A stretch of 59,106 nt of DNA, counting the filler. It is 5 parts of 5 records of this genome, joined end to end, with 100 filler letters (N's around TTAATTAATTAA, not from the genome) between each part and the next. Parts side by side here need not be neighbours in the genome. Positions count along the whole stretch, not along the records: positions 46,940 to 59,106 come from DRR378314_120; 4 more parts are not named here. One strand, written 5' to 3'. Each line of letters begins with the position of its first letter. Position 1 is the first letter of the stretch. The translations under genes were made by a program, and so were the position numbers. Below are positions 53,223 to 59,106 of this stretch, one piece after another. A model generated the notes under the pieces. The model saw only the letters and a program-made list of their open reading frames with translations. It did not search any database and was not told the DNA's origin.

Positions 53223-53981
53223 ATGAACCAACAGTTTCGCCAAGATGCTATCGTCGAGCTAGTACGCCAGCATGGCTATATGAGCATTGAGCAACTGACC
53301 GATCACTTTGCAGTGACGCCACAAACCATTCGGCGTGATTTAAATACGCTAGCAAACGAAGGGCGGGTTCGTCGTGTGCATGGCGGTGTAGGAATAGAGT
53401 CGAGCACTGTTAACACCGCCTACAGCACGCGTAAAACGCTACATTTAGAAGAGAAAGAGCGGATTGCTCACTGCCTGGCGCAGCAAATTCCTCATCACTC
53501 CTCACTGTTTATTAATATCGGTACCAGTAACGAGATGATCGCCCAGGCGTTGCTTGAGCACCAGGGCTTAGAAATCATTACCAATAATCTGAACGTGGCC
53601 GCCATTCTTCAGCACAAAGAGGACTTCACGGTGATTATTGCTGGCGGGCAAGTTCGCTCTCGCGATGGCGGTATTATTGGCGAAGCCACTATCGATTTTA
53701 TCAATCAATTTAAAGTGGATTACGGAATCATCGGGATCAGCGGTATTGATGAGGATGGCTCGCTCCTTGAATTTGATTACCAGGAAGTACGCGTTGCTCA
53801 AGCGATTATTGCCAATTCGCGACGCATTTATCTCGCCGCAGATTACTCAAAATTTCATCGTAATCCGGTGGTGCGCCAAGGGAATATTTCCCAGCTCGAT
53901 GCTCTGTTCACTGATCGGAAGCCTCCAGAGTCGATTCTGCAGCTGTTATCGCAGCACGGTGTCGCGTTGCATATCGCTTAA
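53223..53981 (+). CDS. glpR: Glycerol-3-phosphate regulon repressor (DeoR family)
   Basis: VTPQTIRRDLN HTH, FINIGTS, LLEFDYQEV; located upstream of glpK. Confidence 0.92.
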   Translation: MNQQFRQDAIVELVRQHGYMSIEQLTDHFAVTPQTIRRDLNTLANEGRVRRVHGGVGIESSTVNTAYSTRKTLHLEEKERIAHCLAQQIPHHSSLFINIGTSNEMIAQALLEHQGLEIITNNLNVAAILQHKEDFTVIIAGGQVRSRDGGIIGEATIDFINQFKVDYGIIGISGIDEDGSLLEFDYQEVRVAQAIIANSRRIYLAADYSKFHRNPVVRQGNISQLDALFTDRKPPESILQLLSQHGVALHIA

Positions 53982-54145
53982 GCATGATGCGTAAGCTAAG
54001 GCAGAACACGGCCCTCGACGCGTTTAAGAGTGAAGGAGAGTAGTTTCATACTTGAGCATTTGGGGCGGCTAGAGTAGCCTTGGATGATAATAAAGCGAAA
54101 CAAAACACACAAAACCGAAAGAACCTACAACAAAGTGAACGTGAT

Positions 54146-55630
54146 ATGTCCTCCTTTATTCTCGCCATCGATCAAGGTACGACCAGCTCGCGCGCCATTT
54201 TATTTGACCGCCAAGGCCAAATAGAGGCGGTTGCCCAACAGGAATTTCCTCAGCACTTCCCTCAAGATGGGTGGATAGAGCATGATCCCGAAAATATTTG
54301 GGAGACTGTCCTCGCCACCTGTCGTGAGGTATTAGAAAAGGCGAATGTTTCGCCAGAGCAGATTGATGGAATTGGCATTACTAACCAACGTGAAACCACG
54401 GTGGTGTGGGATAGAGAGACGGGTAAGCCGCTCTATAATGCGATTGTCTGGCAGGATCGGCGTACCTCTGAACTTTGTCAAACACTCCGTGACCAAGGGC
54501 ATACAGAGGCAGTACAAGCGAAAACAGGCCTCTTAATAGACCCCTATTTCTCTGCCACCAAGCTCGCCTGGATACTCGATAATGTAGCAGGAGCCCGCGA
54601 GCGTGCGCAGCGCGGTGAGCTACTCTTTGGCACTATCGATACCTTTTTGATTTGGCGATTAACGAATGGCAAGCAACACGTCACTGATGCCACCAACGCA
54701 TCGCGAACAGCCATTTTTAATATCCATAATCAAACATGGGACGATGAGCTGTTAGCGTTGTTTAACGTTCCTGCCAACATGCTGCCTGAAGTAAAAGACT
54801 CCAGCGATGATTTTGGCACCACTGACGCAGATTGGTTAGGGGCGTCTATCCCTATTGCGGGTGTGGCAGGGGATCAGCAGGCCGCGCTAGTGGGACAAGC
54901 GTGCTTTCAGCCCGGAATGGGTAAAAGCACCTATGGCACCGGGTGTTTTATGATCGTTAACACCGGGGATACACCCTCGGTATCACGAAATCGCCTGCTA
55001 ACCACCATTGGTTACCGAATTAATGGCAAGCCGACCTATGCGATGGAGGGCAGTATTTTCGTTGCTGGGGCGACTGTGCAGTGGCTACGCGATGGGTTGA
55101 ACCTGTTTGCGGATGCGTCAGAAACAGAAGCGCTTGCTAAAGAAACTCGCAGCGGACATAGCGTTTACTTGGTACCGGCCTTTACTGGCTTGGGTGCGCC
55201 CCATTGGGACCCTAAAGCGCGAGGAGCAATTTTTGGCCTCACCCGGGATACCGGTATTGCCGAAATCGTTGCGGCGGGGCTCCAGGCGGTGTGTTACCAG
55301 ACCCGTGACCTTCAGCATTGTATGAACGACGATATGGAAGCCACGCCTGGTAACCTACGTGTCGATGGTGGCATGGTGAAAAACAGCTGGGTGATGCAGT
55401 TTTTAGCCGATATGCTCGATGTCCAGGTGGATAGACCGACTATTCTTGAAACGACAGCGCTTGGAGCTGCTTATTTGGCAGGCTTGCGTTTGGGTTGGTA
55501 TGACACGCTTGAAGAAATTGAGCAACTCTGGCGCTGCGAAAAGAGCTTTACACCTAAAATGCCAGAATCGACTCGGGAGGCGTTGTACCAGGGTTGGCTA
55601 GATGCCGTGAATCGCGTGCGTTGTAATTAA
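54146..55630 (+). CDS. glpK: Glycerol kinase
   Basis: [47 protein letters not shown]. Confidence 0.98.
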   Translation: MSSFILAIDQGTTSSRAILFDRQGQIEAVAQQEFPQHFPQDGWIEHDPENIWETVLATCREVLEKANVSPEQIDGIGITNQRETTVVWDRETGKPLYNAIVWQDRRTSELCQTLRDQGHTEAVQAKTGLLIDPYFSATKLAWILDNVAGARERAQRGELLFGTIDTFLIWRLTNGKQHVTDATNASRTAIFNIHNQTWDDELLALFNVPANMLPEVKDSSDDFGTTDADWLGASIPIAGVAGDQQAALVGQACFQPGMGKSTYGTGCFMIVNTGDTPSVSRNRLLTTIGYRINGKPTYAMEGSIFVAGATVQWLRDGLNLFADASETEALAKETRSGHSVYLVPAFTGLGAPHWDPKARGAIFGLTRDTGIAEIVAAGLQAVCYQTRDLQHCMNDDMEATPGNLRVDGGMVKNSWVMQFLADMLDVQVDRPTILETTALGAAYLAGLRLGWYDTLEEIEQLWRCEKSFTPKMPESTREALYQGWLDAVNRVRCN

Positions 55631-55658
55631 CAACCGTTATTGGCTACTTCAAATAGGC

Positions 55659-55690
55659 AAAAGCCGCTATCGCGATGATAGCGGCTTTTT
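55659..55690. terminator. Bidirectional terminator between glpK and glpD
   Basis: AAAAGCCGCTATC...GATAGCGGCTTTTT. Confidence 0.85.
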
Positions 55691-55708
55691 AATGTTGTTG
55701 ATGGTTAA

Positions 55709-57367
55709 TCAGTGAGTGTTCTGTGGTTCTGCTTGTGCAACGAAAGGCTGTGAGGTGTCACGATTTTCAGCAAAGTAGGTAGCAAAGCGTTCTTCCGCTT
55801 GGTCTCCGAAGAGGACACGACAAGCTTCTTTCAGCCCCTTAGAGTGGCGCAGCTGTTCATGGTGAACAACCAGTGACACTTTGGCTCTTCGGCGCAGGAA
55901 GTCCTCCAGTTGCGTAATCATTTCGTGGTCTCGGGCATGCTCTAGTTCGCAGCGAATATATTCGGTACCTTCAATGAGAATGTCGGCTTCCGCAGGATCC
56001 TGACGAATTTTTTCTAGCATTTGCATGGCCTGTTCTGCATAACGCCGCCATAGCCGGGAAGAGAGCGGCTCGGTAGACGTTGGTGCGGTCATCGCATCTA
56101 GATTCATCCGTTTAGCTTGGTCCATAAACTGCTGTTTGACAGGCTCTGGTGGCTCACCGTACCAGCGATAGTTGATATCGCTGAGATTGACACCTAGGCG
56201 GACCACTTCTTCTGCGATTTCATCACCTACATTCAAGCAGTCGGTTAATTTACCCCCAAAAATACTAATGTGGGCGCTATCCGCATTGGTATCGATGACA
56301 TGTTTACGCGACAGCTGGAGAAAATCGCGATCGCCGTCACCCTGGTCTGCTTTGATAGCCAGGGGCCGAACACCGCAGCGTGTTGAAATAATATCGTCTT
56401 GGGTAAGCGGCTTTTCTAACGTTAGGCGCTTATTGATATTTTCCAATACAAATTCAATATCTTCAGCGGTGACATCCACCTCTGGATGTTCCATATGCGT
56501 ATCAGTCGTGCCGATGCAGGTGCGATTCCCCATGGGAATGACAAAAAACAGTCGTCCATCGTCGGCAAAAAACGCCAGTACCCGTTTCGTTTCCGTCAAT
56601 TGCGGAACGATCAGATGAATGCCTTTTGAGTAAAGATGTTGATGGGTGGTTTTCTCGCCGGTAAGTGCGTTGTGCTGGTCTACCCAGGGGCCAGCCGCAT
56701 TAATTAATACTTTGGAACGGATATTGAATGTGCTGCCATCCATGACATTGCGCGCTTTCGTTACCCAGTGCTGGCCTTCGCGTTCAGCACCAAGCGACTC
56801 AACATAGTTAGCTGCAATTGCCCCATAGTTAAGCGAATGGCGAACAAAATTAAATACAAATCGGGCATCATTATCGTGTAAGTAGGCATCTGAGTATTCA
56901 AACCCGCCGACTGAGCCTTCGATATCAATAATGGGTTCTTCTTGCTTAATGTTCTTGGGAGATAGTAGGCGGGGCAGCTTAGTAAACCCGTTTCCCATTA
57001 GCCAGTAGAGCCAGGTGCCTGCCCACAAATACCAGGGTGAATGGCGGAAACCTTTGCTGATGGTAGTCAGAAAGCGAATTTCCTGAACGGTAGAAGGGTA
57101 ACTTTTAATCAAGTGATTACGGCTTTTGCACAGTTTGCGTACTAATGCGAAATCCTTGCTTTCCATATACTTAATGCCTCCCCAAACTAAGTTGGAGGAG
57201 TGCATACTGGTGCTTCCCGCAAAATCACCGCGGTCTATTAAGGCGACTTTAGCGCCTTTGCCTGCAAGCGCGGCTGCCGTTGCTGCGCCGTTAATGCCGC
57301 CACCGATGATTAGTGCGTCAAAGTCGTCAGTGTGCAATTTCTCGATATTCCGGTTACGCAGTTTCAT
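55709..57367 (-). CDS. glpD: FAD-dependent glycerol-3-phosphate dehydrogenase
   Basis: IIGGGING FAD motif, SSNLVWGGIKY, INAAGPWVD, KGIHL, GVRPL, GGKLT. Confidence 0.9.
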   Translation of the reverse strand: MKLRNRNIEKLHTDDFDALIIGGGINGAATAAALAGKGAKVALIDRGDFAGSTSMHSSNLVWGGIKYMESKDFALVRKLCKSRNHLIKSYPSTVQEIRFLTTISKGFRHSPWYLWAGTWLYWLMGNGFTKLPRLLSPKNIKQEEPIIDIEGSVGGFEYSDAYLHDNDARFVFNFVRHSLNYGAIAANYVESLGAEREGQHWVTKARNVMDGSTFNIRSKVLINAAGPWVDQHNALTGEKTTHQHLYSKGIHLIVPQLTETKRVLAFFADDGRLFFVIPMGNRTCIGTTDTHMEHPEVDVTAEDIEFVLENINKRLTLEKPLTQDDIISTRCGVRPLAIKADQGDGDRDFLQLSRKHVIDTNADSAHISIFGGKLTDCLNVGDEIAEEVVRLGVNLSDINYRWYGEPPEPVKQQFMDQAKRMNLDAMTAPTSTEPLSSRLWRRYAEQAMQMLEKIRQDPAEADILIEGTEYIRCELEHARDHEMITQLEDFLRRRAKVSLVVHHEQLRHSKGLKEACRVLFGDQAEERFATYFAENRDTSQPFVAQAEPQNTH

Positions 57368-57508
57368 AGCGGTTCCAATTAACAAAGAAAAAGCCCCGTG
57401 TTTAGGTAGCGGTTTCAACATGACAACAAAGCAATAAGCCTATGTAGACCAGCGAGCCCTGCTGTTATTTGCTCGCCGCTGATGAAACCTAGTTTTTGAG
57501 CCTTAATA

Positions 57509-57528
57509 GGGCGGGCCGAAGCCCGCCC
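57509..57528 (-). terminator. GC hairpin with UUCG tetraloop after the binding-protein gene
   Basis: GGGCGGGC-TTCG-GCCCGCCC on the minus strand. Confidence 0.65.
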
Positions 57529-57536
57529 CAACTGGA

Positions 57537-59106
57537 TTAGCGGGTACCCGCTTCCATCCAGGCTTCCATCATTTCATCGTAAGGAACGGTCGTTCCTTGC
57601 GGCATTTCATCATCAAGCTTTTGCTTAGGAGAGCCTTCTTGATCCAGCCAGTATTGCGGGTCGCGCTCTTCGTTAAGCGCTGGGGCGTAGCTATCGAAGA
57701 CGTTTGCGCGAGCTAAGCGGTACATGGTGTTATCCATATCTGCCGCCAGCTTATCCAAGCCCTCTTGAGGGGTAACTTCGCCACTCATTACCGGTGCTAG
57801 GTTTTGCCACCATAGCGGAGCCATACGCGGATAATCAGGTACGTTGGTGCCCGTAGGCGTCCAGTTGGATTCGTTGGGGCTGCGGTAGAACTCAACCAAA
57901 CCACCAAGCTTAGGTGCCATTTCGGTCATCTGCTCAGAGAAAATGTCAGATTCACGAATCGGCGTTAGACCAGCTATCAGTTTTTCAAGAGAGGTCGTTT
58001 TGGCTACCGTAAACTGGGCAAATAGCCAAGCAGCGGTTCGACGGTCTTCGGGTGTGGAGTCAAAGAACGTCCATGCACCTACATCCTGATAACCCACTTT
58101 CATGCCTTCTTCCCAGTAAGGGCCGGTAGGGGAAGGTGCCATGCGCCAAAGTGGGTTGCCTTCATCGTCGGTCACAGCCACGGCAGGATCGGTCATGTCT
58201 GCTGTGAAGGCGGTGTACCAGAAAATTTGCTGAGCAATATGACCTTGAGCAGGCACAGGACCCGCTTCACCAAAGGTCATGCCCTGTGCTTCAGGCGGTG
58301 CGAAGTCACGTAGCCAATCAACGGCTTTCTGCATGGCAAAGACAGACGCTGGCGAGTTGGTTGCACCGCCACGACTAACGCTGGCACCTACCGGCTGACT
58401 ATCTTCGTTAACGCGAATGCCCCAGTCATCGACTGGATTACCTGATGGTACGCCCGGGCTACCCATACCGGCCATTGAGAGCCAGGAGTCGTGGAAGCGC
58501 CAGCCAAGCGACGGATCACGACGGCCGTAGTCCATGTGCCCATAGACGGTAGTGCCGTCGAGTTCACCAACATGTTCGGTAAAGAACTCGGCAATATCTT
58601 GATAAGCCGTCCAGTTGGTGGGTACCCCAAGATCATAGCCATAGATTTCACGGAACTGAGCTTGCAGGTCTTCACGCTGGAACCAGTCATAACGGAACCA
58701 GTAAAGGTTGGCGAACTGCTGAGTGGGTAGTTGGTATAGGCTGCCATCGGGGCCGGTGCCGTACTGCAAGCCAATGAAATCGTCTAGGTCCAGCGTTGGA
58801 AGTGTGTAGTCAGCCCATTCGTTTTCCATCGCCTCGGTGAGGTTGATGGTGGTGCCGTAACGAATGTGCGTGCCGATAGCGTCGGTGTCATTAACAAAAC
58901 CGTCGTAGATGCTGTTACCTGATTGCATCTGATTTTGCATCGTATCAACGACGTCGCCTTCGCCGATAATATTGTGAGTAAGGTTGATACCGGTTAACTC
59001 ACTGAATGCTTCTGCCAGCACTTCACTTTCATAGACGTGAGTGGTCAAGCCTTCTGCGACAGTTTGAATATCCATACCGCGGAAAGGCTCGGCTGCTTTT
59101 GCAAAC
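57537..59106 (-). CDS. ABC transporter substrate-binding protein, glycerol type (GlpV-like), 5'-truncated
   Basis: QQFANLYWFRYDWF, GVPTNWTAY.DIAEFF, GHMDYG, QQIFWYTAF, WTPTGTNVPDYP; lies in a glp cluster and the frame is open to the window end. Confidence 0.88.
   Translation of the reverse strand, partial: FAKAAEPFRGMDIQTVAEGLTTHVYESEVLAEAFSELTGINLTHNIIGEGDVVDTMQNQMQSGNSIYDGFVNDTDAIGTHIRYGTTINLTEAMENEWADYTLPTLDLDDFIGLQYGTGPDGSLYQLPTQQFANLYWFRYDWFQREDLQAQFREIYGYDLGVPTNWTAYQDIAEFFTEHVGELDGTTVYGHMDYGRRDPSLGWRFHDSWLSMAGMGSPGVPSGNPVDDWGIRVNEDSQPVGASVSRGGATNSPASVFAMQKAVDWLRDFAPPEAQGMTFGEAGPVPAQGHIAQQIFWYTAFTADMTDPAVAVTDDEGNPLWRMAPSPTGPYWEEGMKVGYQDVGAWTFFDSTPEDRRTAAWLFAQFTVAKTTSLEKLIAGLTPIRESDIFSEQMTEMAPKLGGLVEFYRSPNESNWTPTGTNVPDYPRMAPLWWQNLAPVMSGEVTPQEGLDKLAADMDNTMYRLARANVFDSYAPALNEERDPQYWLDQEGSPKQKLDDEMPQGTTVPYDEMMEAWMEAGTR

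Noticed and set aside
53130-54125. GlpR operator half-sites (ATGTTCG, CGAAA) before glpR and glpK
   Set aside because: Plausible but too degenerate to delimit without a position weight matrix.

Overview
This window is not one genome. It is five unrelated contigs joined by 100-nt N/TTAATTAATTAA/N linkers (7072-7171, 20100-20199, 26926-27025, 46840-46939). (1) 1-7071 is a GC-rich eukaryote: a 1645-aa coiled-coil ORF and a spliced SETD9-like gene. (2) 7172-20099 is a Roseobacter-group alphaproteobacterium: YejA-like binding protein, XRE-cupin regulator, acyl-CoA ligase, DsbA/FrnE, Bcr/CflA, mfd, hemB, Ysc84 lipoprotein. (3) 20200-26925 is a eukaryote: AFG3/FtsH m-AAA protease and a multi-exon ribophorin I. 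(4) 27026-46839 is Pseudoalteromonas-like: an integron-type cassette array followed by core genes (M28 peptidase, bkd operon, astE, pgm, seqA, ybfF, ybfE, fldA, fur, glnS, DUF3083, trhO, srmB, S1 protein). (5) 46940-59106 is Halomonas-like: benE/sutR, nfo, GDPD, qor, SLC13 and glycerol genes. The most notable region is 27026-29010. It holds two integron gene cassettes (an unannotated 59-aa zinc-ribbon gene and a SEC-C/HNH-like gene) with attC sites and an attI-like junction. Beside them is a platform with a 24-bp palindrome, CGAGAA repeats and a perfect LexA box, but no integrase gene, and there is a possible IS1111-type end at the distal attC. A possible tRNA-Val(UAC) anticodon-loop mimic in the trhO leader is also noted. 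Taxon and family assignments come from recognised motifs and gene order, not from database searches.
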